From NCBI GenBank assembly GCA_902593945.1, contig CACJKA010000004.1, positions 13,434 through 77,433 of the forward strand: a DNA stretch of 64,000 nt, written 5' to 3'. Origin of the DNA: an uncultured Candidatus Poseidoniales archaeon. GTDB taxonomy: Archaea; Thermoplasmatota; Poseidoniia; Poseidoniales; Thalassarchaeaceae. A program made the position numbers and the translations under genes. Below the pieces are notes generated by a model that did not search any database, was not told the DNA's origin, and was given only the letters and a program-made list of their open reading frames with translations. Of the stretch, positions 47,717-54,974 are shown one piece after another. The number at the start of each line of letters is the position of its first letter. The first letter of the stretch is position 1.

Positions 47717-49084
47717 ATGTTTACAGAAGAAGAATTAACGGAGTTTGAAGAGGAAGGAAGCTTGCTTATCGAAAGAATGGAATTGCAATCGGACTTCAAT
47801 CCACAAATTACTGACTTATTGATAGAAAAATCAGAAGATTTGCCAGGAATAATAGAAGTTTTCATCGACTCCCGTGTTGACTATGGAGGTAATAACACGA
47901 TACTTTCTGACATAATTCAAGGACCAGAGTATGAGTTTGCTGGAGACTGTAGAAGGGTATTACTGATTTCTTGCGACCTAACTGAAATAGGTGAAGAATT
48001 GATCGATATGGATTTATTAACAGGAAATAGAGTTTCTAAAAGTGAAACGATTAATCACACGATCGCATTACCGGAAGTTGATGAAATAACAGATTTAAAA
48101 AAGATTAACAAAAGTATTGCTAAATCAGATTTTGAAAGAATTATTCTAAACCCAAAACAAATCAAAGATTGCCTTGGAAAGAAAATAATCGGTCAAAAAC
48201 AACCTGTTCGAGTGATAGCTAATACATTATCTTCTCATATTGCCAAAACAGCACCTTCGCGCCCCTTAGTATTCTTTGCATTAGGGCCTACAGGCGTTGG
48301 AAAAACTCGAACCACAGAAGTAATTCCTAGTATTATCAAGGAACTCGAAGAGGGCCTGTCAGTTGGCCATTTAAGATTTGATATGAATGAATTCAAAGAA
48401 AATCATAGGGTCAGTCAGATTCTTGGCGCCCCCCCTGGTTATGTAGGTTATAGCCCGAAATCCATAGTTTCGGACGTTGTCGAGTCAAATGATATCACCG
48501 TCCTCGTATTTGATGAAATAGAAAAAGCCCACCCTGACTTCCTTCAGGTTTTGATGAATGCGATTGATACAGGAAGGCTGTCTACCGGTTCCGGAACAGT
48601 TAATCTTCGTAAATCAATAATTATGTTCACGTCTAATATTGGAGTAAATGAAGGTGTTAATTGGACCCAAGAAAATGCGGAGGAAACAGATCAGTTCGAA
48701 ATTAATCAGCATTGTCGTGGCCTACTTATCGAGCAAGGTGTCCCGATAGAGATAGTCGGCCGAGTCCAAGATTTCTTACTATACGGGACTTTAACTCAGA
48801 AACATAGAGCCGAAATTCTCGTACAATCAATTCAGGAGTATCTAGCTGAGTTTGAATTAAATGTACAGCATATAGATCCTGATTTGATTATTAATTTTCT
48901 TAATTCCAAAGGATTATCATCGCCGTTTGGTGGCAGGCAATATCGAGCGGCAATAGGCGAATCTTTACAGCCAGAAATAAATAATTTCTTCTCTCAAAAT
49001 CCGTCTTATAGAGGTCCTATATTTATTGATGTATCCGGTACTATTTCAATATCTCAACCGCTAGGGCAATCGGAGGAGGAATAA
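47717..49084 (+). CDS. single-module ClpA/ClpB-D2-type AAA+ ATPase with an acidic N-terminal domain of unknown fold
   Basis: IIGQKQPVRVIANTL...RPLVFFALGPTGVGKTRTTEV (Walker A), RFDMNEFKENHRVSQILGAPPGYVGY, VLVFDEIEKAHPDFLQVLMNAIDTGRLS (Walker B / sensor region) and IIMFTSNIG. No second AAA module or middle domain. Confidence 0.8.
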   Translation: MFTEEELTEFEEEGSLLIERMELQSDFNPQITDLLIEKSEDLPGIIEVFIDSRVDYGGNNTILSDIIQGPEYEFAGDCRRVLLISCDLTEIGEELIDMDLLTGNRVSKSETINHTIALPEVDEITDLKKINKSIAKSDFERIILNPKQIKDCLGKKIIGQKQPVRVIANTLSSHIAKTAPSRPLVFFALGPTGVGKTRTTEVIPSIIKELEEGLSVGHLRFDMNEFKENHRVSQILGAPPGYVGYSPKSIVSDVVESNDITVLVFDEIEKAHPDFLQVLMNAIDTGRLSTGSGTVNLRKSIIMFTSNIGVNEGVNWTQENAEETDQFEINQHCRGLLIEQGVPIEIVGRVQDFLLYGTLTQKHRAEILVQSIQEYLAEFELNVQHIDPDLIINFLNSKGLSSPFGGRQYRAAIGESLQPEINNFFSQNPSYRGPIFIDVSGTISISQPLGQSEEE

Positions 49085-49086
49085 AA

Positions 49087-49851
49087 ATGTCTCAAATAAA
49101 ATCTAAGAAACCGAATTATAAATTCCCATGTAAGGCAGTTAGAAGATACCGTAATTCCGGCGGTCTTGGTAAATTTAAAATGATGAGTAAAAGAAAAGTA
49201 TCCTTTTCTGAGAAATATTCTCTTAATGGTACTAATTATACGATCGAAATAATCAGTACTGGTTTCGGCGACAAAGCTATTTCCACAATAACTAATCCGA
49301 ATATCAAGGCCAACGAAAAAGGAATTAATGAAGACGGCATTATAATTTTAGATTTCGATACCTTGACTCCTAATTTGAAAAATTCAACTACGGATATTAT
49401 CGATACCTGGTATAGGGCACGATTTTGGTGTTGGGCTAGAGAAAACAACTGTGACGTAAACTCTCGGGCCGCTTGGACATTTTTCAAAAATAGCGACCCA
49501 TCAGGACAGGAGGGTAATAATTGGTCATATGAAAAATCCCAAAGGTTTGAGAAATTTTACGAAGATATAAACGTGGGAGGGTATTATTTAACCATAACAT
49601 ATGTATCTACTGAATGCGGCGAATATTCTCTTTCCTATTGCCGCGATGGTCTCGATTATATTGACGACGGAGTAAATAGTGAAGACGGCCATTTATTTCG
49701 TTCCGGGACTATTTGTTTAGGTTATTCTAGTGGTGGAAACAGTGGGGTTTATGATTCAGGTCAGCCACTAGAATGGGTAATACCACGATCCAGATATTGG
49801 GCAGTTGCATTTGCTTATTGGTGCGAATATGGCAATTGGATGGATCCTTGA
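49087..49851 (+). CDS. tandem E2-like protein: N-terminal Cys-less (UEV-like) copy plus C-terminal Cys-containing copy
   Basis: N-half: YTIEIISTGFGDKAISTITNP...INEDGIIILDF...TWYRARFWCWAREN. C-half: YLTITYVSTECGEYSLSYC...GHLFRSGTICLGYS...IPRSRYWAVAFAYWCEYGNWMDP. Both halves align with the 44254 and 44844 cores. Confidence 0.5.
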   Translation: MSQIKSKKPNYKFPCKAVRRYRNSGGLGKFKMMSKRKVSFSEKYSLNGTNYTIEIISTGFGDKAISTITNPNIKANEKGINEDGIIILDFDTLTPNLKNSTTDIIDTWYRARFWCWARENNCDVNSRAAWTFFKNSDPSGQEGNNWSYEKSQRFEKFYEDINVGGYYLTITYVSTECGEYSLSYCRDGLDYIDDGVNSEDGHLFRSGTICLGYSSGGNSGVYDSGQPLEWVIPRSRYWAVAFAYWCEYGNWMDP

Positions 49852-49912
49852 TTGCAAAAAGAAGATTCATAAAGGACATCCTGCTAGCCTGTAATGGATT
49901 CATCCCTCGCGA

Positions 49913-50953
49913 ATGCGCGATTATGAATGCCAACACGAGCCCCTTAACCGGGGAGTATATACTAGCGAAAGCCAGAAATCACATTACTGCGAGCAATGTG
50001 GTTCAACCGAAACCCCAGAAAGAAATGAAATAAGAGGTGAAATTTTCTGCCCTACTTGTGGTATGATTTCTGTTGAGAAACTGTATGATGAACTTAATCC
50101 AAAAACTCATGCAAATACTAATGATAATAACTCTGGGAGAGGCACTCTCGGCCCTTCAAAACCATTCGGAATAAAAGATCATACGGGGGCGGCAATCTCG
50201 TCAAAACATAGGAAGAAATGGGCACGTTTGAATAAAATTAACACAACTATCCACAGGGATGCTGAAGATAGTAATAAGGTAGTCGAAGAGAGCATCGAAC
50301 AATTGAAAAAACTCAATTATACACTGAGTAAAAGTAAAGAGAAAGAGTATCGTAAATTATTGATGGACACATTGAAAACCAAGGAGGGAGATAACCTGTT
50401 TAAGACGGGCACTCAATACAATGCTATTGCTTGTGCATTGGTTCTACATTCCGATATTGATAGAAGGATGTTTTTCGAAATGTTAAGAGATTATGCGAAA
50501 GCGAATAATTTGGATAAAAGAGCGAAAAAGAGTATAAGAAGAAGAGGTTTGCAAATCAGAGGAATTTTGAATAGTAAATTGGGCAACCATTCTAATCAAC
50601 GAGCCCCAGTATATCCCCATATAATAGATGTTAATAGCAGACCTAGTGAAATCCATGAAGCTTTTATCGCGCAGTGGTGGGGGAAGAAGATAGGTGCCAT
50701 TAGGACGTATTCGGAACCTCCAAAGTATCATGTAATTATCAAATTAATTAATACAATTTTAGACAAACCAGAGATATTAGAATTAAAAGGTGGTGAGATG
50801 CTAGAACCTATTTTAGATGCTTGCTTACTAATATCTATGACTCATAATTGTCCTTCAAGGACATCAGGTAATGTTACGGAAAAACTCTCATTGACAGCTA
50901 AGTCAAGAAACTATAGTGTCCGCTTGAAGACTTTCTTGGATCAAGATTGTTGA
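49913..50953 (+). CDS. TFB/TFIIB-like transcription factor paralog
   Basis: N-terminal zinc ribbon CEQCGSTETPERNEIRGEIFCPTCGMI (TFB pattern CPECGS...D..GE.VC..CG.V) and a linker resembling the B-reader/linker region (KDHTGAAISSKHRKKWARLNKINTTIH). 346 aa with a helical C-terminal region of cyclin-fold size. Confidence 0.55.
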   Translation: MRDYECQHEPLNRGVYTSESQKSHYCEQCGSTETPERNEIRGEIFCPTCGMISVEKLYDELNPKTHANTNDNNSGRGTLGPSKPFGIKDHTGAAISSKHRKKWARLNKINTTIHRDAEDSNKVVEESIEQLKKLNYTLSKSKEKEYRKLLMDTLKTKEGDNLFKTGTQYNAIACALVLHSDIDRRMFFEMLRDYAKANNLDKRAKKSIRRRGLQIRGILNSKLGNHSNQRAPVYPHIIDVNSRPSEIHEAFIAQWWGKKIGAIRTYSEPPKYHVIIKLINTILDKPEILELKGGEMLEPILDACLLISMTHNCPSRTSGNVTEKLSLTAKSRNYSVRLKTFLDQDC

Positions 50954-50957
50954 TTTC

Positions 50958-50986
50958 TTTATATACGGTTAGGGAGATGTATAGGC
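50958..50986 (+). promoter_or_regulatory. island promoter copy 4: TTTATATA 21 nt upstream of the ATG
   Basis: tgatttcTTTATATAcggttagggagatgtataggcATG. Confidence 0.55.
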
Positions 50987-52276
50987 ATGTCAGCCAAAAT
51001 TGATAGTAGTGTAAAACCAGAAGATGCAGTAACTTGCCCAGATTGTGGGGCCGAATTCGATATAGCAGATCGTTTACGATCACATATTGAGTCCAGTATT
51101 AGAATAGAAATGGCACAAAAATATGAAGAAGAACGTGAGAATGACTTAGCTATCCACAACGCAGAAATTGAAAAACAACGTGCCCAGATCAATGATCTCC
51201 GCAAAGCTAAGATTGATTTTGATAACTTATTGGCAGAACAGGATATTGCCATTCAAGAGGCTAAGGCTCAGGGGGCCATAGATAAGGCCAAGGAAATGTC
51301 TTCCGAACTCAACATACTCCGTCAAACCAAAATAGATCATGATAACTTATTGGCAGAACAGGATATTGCCATTCAAGAGGCTAAGGCCCAAGGTGCTAGA
51401 GAAGCAATGAAATTAGCTAATCAAGGACTTGAAGAAAAGGTGTCCCAAAGAGCAAAAGAAATAACTTCAGAAAAAGATTTAGAGATTAGTAGACTTGAAC
51501 TCGAAGCAACGAGAAAGAACGAGATTATAGAAAGACTTCAACAACAGTCAAAGTCTGGCGAACTAGAGGGAGAAGTGCTTGAGTTAGCGGTCGAAAATCA
51601 ACTCCGAAACTTACATCCAAGAGACAATATTAAGGAAGTCAAGCGTGGAAATTATGGTGCAGATATTGAACAGTCTGTGCTGACGAATACTGGCAGTATT
51701 GCAGGAAAGATACTCTGGGAATGCAAGAAACATAAGAAATGGCAAAACTCCTGGCTTAATACAATTAGAAAAAACGCATTAGAATTCAATGCAGATACAA
51801 TGGTTATAGTCACCACCACTATGCCAAAAGGGATGGAAACATTCGGTAAAATAGATGATGTATTTATCTGTAAATATTCTGAAGTTCCAGTAGTTTCTCA
51901 GCTACTGAATCATGCAGTGTTGAAAGCTCATCGAGATAATCAAAGAGGAGAACACATGATGTCAATCCATGAGAGAGTATCAGAATATATCAGCGGTCCA
52001 GAATTCGCTATGTTGATGCGTGTTGTGATTAAGGCATACGAGGACTTTGAGGATGATCTAAGAAAAGAGGAGCAGTATATGAAGACTAGATGGAAATCCC
52101 GTCGTATCTATCTAAGTGAAGTGATAGACTCACTTTCTTCACTGGCTGGAAAATTAGAATATCTAGGGGCAGGCCATTTTGAAGTAATGCAAGAAATAGG
52201 AAGTCAAGTTCCTCCTGCGTTGCCCGAACCTGTAATAATAGAGGATATCGAAATAGAGGAGGTTGAAGAGGAATGA
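50987..52276 (+). CDS. DUF2130-like protein: zinc ribbon, coiled coil and PD-(D/E)xK-like C-terminal domain
   Basis: N-terminal CPDCGAEFD, a long coiled coil with an internal duplication, and a C-terminal GADIEQSV...GKILWECKKHKKWQNSWLNTIRKNALEFNADTMVIVTT, as in DUF2130 (G.D....ilwE.K....W...W..KL......a...vlV). Ends in EEVEEE. Confidence 0.6.
   Translation: MSAKIDSSVKPEDAVTCPDCGAEFDIADRLRSHIESSIRIEMAQKYEEERENDLAIHNAEIEKQRAQINDLRKAKIDFDNLLAEQDIAIQEAKAQGAIDKAKEMSSELNILRQTKIDHDNLLAEQDIAIQEAKAQGAREAMKLANQGLEEKVSQRAKEITSEKDLEISRLELEATRKNEIIERLQQQSKSGELEGEVLELAVENQLRNLHPRDNIKEVKRGNYGADIEQSVLTNTGSIAGKILWECKKHKKWQNSWLNTIRKNALEFNADTMVIVTTTMPKGMETFGKIDDVFICKYSEVPVVSQLLNHAVLKAHRDNQRGEHMMSIHERVSEYISGPEFAMLMRVVIKAYEDFEDDLRKEEQYMKTRWKSRRIYLSEVIDSLSSLAGKLEYLGAGHFEVMQEIGSQVPPALPEPVIIEDIEIEEVEEE
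51221..51387 (+). repeat. in-frame internal duplication, period 120 nt
   Basis: The 47-nt stretch gataacttattggcagaacaggatattgccattcaagaggctaaggc occurs identically at 51221-51267 and 51341-51387. It encodes DNLLAEQDIAIQEAKAQGA twice. Confidence 0.9.
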
Positions 52277-52473
52277 AAACCATAATGAGTAGTATGACAC
52301 AAAGTGTATACGCCAAGAAAAGAAAGAACGGTGGTAAGCCCCGAACTTTTATCGGCGGTATACGAATGAACTACTCTAAGTATAAAGATTAAAGACAGAA
52401 AGTTTGGCGGTATACCAATTTAATATATTCTCTCTGGACAAAAACCTCATTTGTAACACCCAAATCACAGAAC

Positions 52474-53694
52474 GTGGCTAAAGTCCCCTTGTTAGAAGGC
52501 GAAGAAATCATTTCTTCAGTCAAACTACCTAAAGAAAAAACAACTCTGATGCTGACGAATGATGGATGGATCGTAATTCCAGTAGTGCACAGTATTCCAA
52601 ATATTAGTAATCTTAGTCGACTATTTCACGTTAATAGTATAAAAAAAATCGAGATGGGTTACCATCCATGGCGAGACCAAGTTTATTCCAATATTATTAA
52701 TTTATTATGTATTAGTTCTATTTTTTATGCATGTTACATATATGTTGGTACTTTTGGGCCTACAAATCTTTTTACTTCTCAAGAATTTTTCGATGCGTGG
52801 ATGGATTATCAACCAATTACTGATAAGATTTTTCTACATCTTTTTTTGCTACCCCTTATGTTAATCATTATTCAGCGCTTCATGATCGGCAAAGAGGAAT
52901 TGCACATAGATTATATCGACAAAGATTCCGCAATATCATCTATCGCTGTGAGTCATCCTCACCGAAGCATACTGACCGCTCTAATATCTATATTCGTCAT
53001 TTATGGTATTGGCTTTTGGATTTTTGCAGAATCGATATTTTCACTTCGCATGACTCACATTCTCGTCATTGGCGCCCTCATTATAATAACTTCAAATGGA
53101 AGGAAGATTTTAGAAGAAATTTTATTTTGGAGACCTAAAAAACGATTTTTTGTCAGAGACTCCGTATATCAAACAAGCAACATTGTAAACTTCTATAAAA
53201 AAATAAATATTTTTTTACCAATACATGAACGTGATGGGAAACAAATCATCGACAGATCCCAAACGGATTTTGTTAAATCATTACCTCCTGAATTTCATAA
53301 ATTAAGAAAGAGAGTCGAAGCTCATGATGCTATTCTATCCCAAATTGTGGAAGATTACAATTATATTTTCAATTCTTCTAAAGCCTTTGTAGGTGGTTCA
53401 ATAGTGAGAACCAGTACAGAAAAACTGTTGAGCTTTAGAGTTAAGAAAATATTACCAAAAGCACAAAAAAATAAAAACTTATCTGATTTCAGAAATCTTC
53501 TAAATAAGCATGATGACTCTTTGACAGATAATATCCTAAGAGATATAGATCAGATAAGCGTTTTAGGAAATAACGCGACACACAACATGCAATCATCAAC
53601 TTCAGATTTTATGAGTATATTAGAAAAATTTGTCAATGTTGTTGAATGGCATATATCTAATCCTCCTGTTAGCATTATCGAGCGTGAGGATTAG
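52474..53694 (+). CDS. membrane protein: N-terminal bPH-like domain, TM helices and a C-terminal DUF4145-like domain
   Basis: LLEGEEIISSVKL...LMLTNDGWIV (bacterial PH-like), about 4 hydrophobic helices (residues ~70-210), and a C-terminal ...LRDIDQISVLGNNATHN typical of DUF4145 (..ir..GN.a.H). GTG start. Confidence 0.5.
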   Translation: MAKVPLLEGEEIISSVKLPKEKTTLMLTNDGWIVIPVVHSIPNISNLSRLFHVNSIKKIEMGYHPWRDQVYSNIINLLCISSIFYACYIYVGTFGPTNLFTSQEFFDAWMDYQPITDKIFLHLFLLPLMLIIIQRFMIGKEELHIDYIDKDSAISSIAVSHPHRSILTALISIFVIYGIGFWIFAESIFSLRMTHILVIGALIIITSNGRKILEEILFWRPKKRFFVRDSVYQTSNIVNFYKKINIFLPIHERDGKQIIDRSQTDFVKSLPPEFHKLRKRVEAHDAILSQIVEDYNYIFNSSKAFVGGSIVRTSTEKLLSFRVKKILPKAQKNKNLSDFRNLLNKHDDSLTDNILRDIDQISVLGNNATHNMQSSTSDFMSILEKFVNVVEWHISNPPVSIIERED

Positions 53695-53700
53695 GACAAC

Positions 53701-54726
53701 ATGACATATTGGTCAATTCCTTTGACAGGTATTCGTGGCAAGAGACCAAGAAATGCAGAATGGAAGAATGCATATAAACACGATACTAGAATAATAGTGG
53801 ATGGGGATTGTCCTAGTGTAATCAATTTACCTGATTTCCCTGGGATGTCTTTATGCCATTATGAATACAATGGGGAGGATTTAACCTCTAAGTTCCAAGG
53901 TAATTATGATTTCAATTATTTATTACCACACCTTCCAACTACATATTGTGAAATAATTATTGATGATTCCGAATGGAAGTGGCCCTTTATGCCAGACTAT
54001 CCTAGGCATAACGAAGATCAAAAACTACAGACAATAATGACGGCTAGTTCGACATTAGTTGCATCATTAAGATTGATTGGATTTAATCAATTCATCACCC
54101 CCTGTATTTTGAAAAATGCTACGTTGTCAACAGCCGTAAACAGTGATGAGAAAAGTATAGAATTTATACCAACAAATGCATTTTTATTCCCGACACCACT
54201 TTTAGAAGTAACAAAAGCCAGAATCTCCAAATCGGATTTTGAGTGGGTATGTAAGTCTCATATCACACTTCATCAAATGTCTTACACCGTAGATATAACA
54301 CCTGCAATGTCTGCTATGAGATATTACTATCAAGATATGCCAACAAGAGCTAGAATGACGATTATTTGGGCTGCAATTGAAGATTTGTTAAAACCTAAAG
54401 GTGATAAAATTCGATTTGGTATACGCGCCAGAGGTGCTATGTTATTAGGGCGAACCGATGAAGAAGTTGAGATATTGTTCAAACAAATTGGTAACCTCTA
54501 TGGAAAACGTTCAGCGGCAACCCATGGTCGAAGATTTACATATATGCAGGGCCTTGAACCAAATCTTAGTGATAATAGACTAAAGACAGATATTAGGGCT
54601 TTAATGACTTCATACCAGCTTCTTTGCGAGCTATTAATAAAAATCATTGATAGAGGTTCATTATTTAATGAATTAGAATTGCAGGAACTGGAAGAATCTT
54701 ATTCGGAAAAATTCCCATCAGAATGA
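53701..54726 (+). CDS. HEPN-like (Apea-type) protein
   Basis: C-terminal IWAAIEDLL...RARGAMLLG...LFKQIGNLYGKRSAATHGRRF contains the Rx4H HEPN motif in an Apea-like context (lY..RS...HG). It lies 6 nt downstream of the previous gene. Confidence 0.45.
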   Translation: MTYWSIPLTGIRGKRPRNAEWKNAYKHDTRIIVDGDCPSVINLPDFPGMSLCHYEYNGEDLTSKFQGNYDFNYLLPHLPTTYCEIIIDDSEWKWPFMPDYPRHNEDQKLQTIMTASSTLVASLRLIGFNQFITPCILKNATLSTAVNSDEKSIEFIPTNAFLFPTPLLEVTKARISKSDFEWVCKSHITLHQMSYTVDITPAMSAMRYYYQDMPTRARMTIIWAAIEDLLKPKGDKIRFGIRARGAMLLGRTDEEVEILFKQIGNLYGKRSAATHGRRFTYMQGLEPNLSDNRLKTDIRALMTSYQLLCELLIKIIDRGSLFNELELQELEESYSEKFPSE

Positions 54727-54782
54727 AGTATTTACAAGGTAGATAAATCAATTAAGCAGTTTTAACTCTTGCTTAGGAAGAA

Positions 54783-54797
54783 TTTTTTTTATTTTTT
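54783..54797 (+). terminator. oligo-T tract (T8-A-T6), archaeal intrinsic-terminator-like
   Basis: ttttttttatttttt lies 57 nt after the stop of the last island gene. Confidence 0.5.
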
Positions 54798-54908
54798 ACG
54801 TGGCGCATTTGAACGACCCTTACCCGAGGGTCTACCAGTAGTACTAGGCCTATTTGCTCTGTTAGATTTAGCTATTTAATCACCTCCTTTTTACTTGAAG
54901 AATTGGGT

Positions 54909-54974
54909 GGTGGTAGAGAGTGTTATGACAAAAGAGACAAACAACACGAATATACCCACTAACTCTCTACCACC
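54909..54974. other. 13-bp perfect inverted repeat with 40-nt spacer at the island edge
   Basis: ggtggtagagagt (54909-54921) and actctctaccacc (54962-54974). A competing helix tacccact/agtgggta overlaps the right arm. Confidence 0.6.

Noticed and set aside
44332-51387. Possible CRISPR-like arrays suggested by the 57-nt and 47-nt exact repeats
   Set aside because: Each repeat occurs only twice. Both are in frame inside ORFs and encode duplicated peptide segments. No cas genes or regularly spaced repeats occur anywhere in the window.
54800-54850. tRNA-like fragment (reverse complement ...GACCCTCGGGTAAGGGTCGTTCAAATGCGCCA) that could mark an att site
   Set aside because: It contains a TTCAAAT-like loop and a terminal GCCA. 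However, the flanking bases do not form a T-stem or acceptor stem, and no matching copy exists at the other island border, so it is probably chance resemblance.
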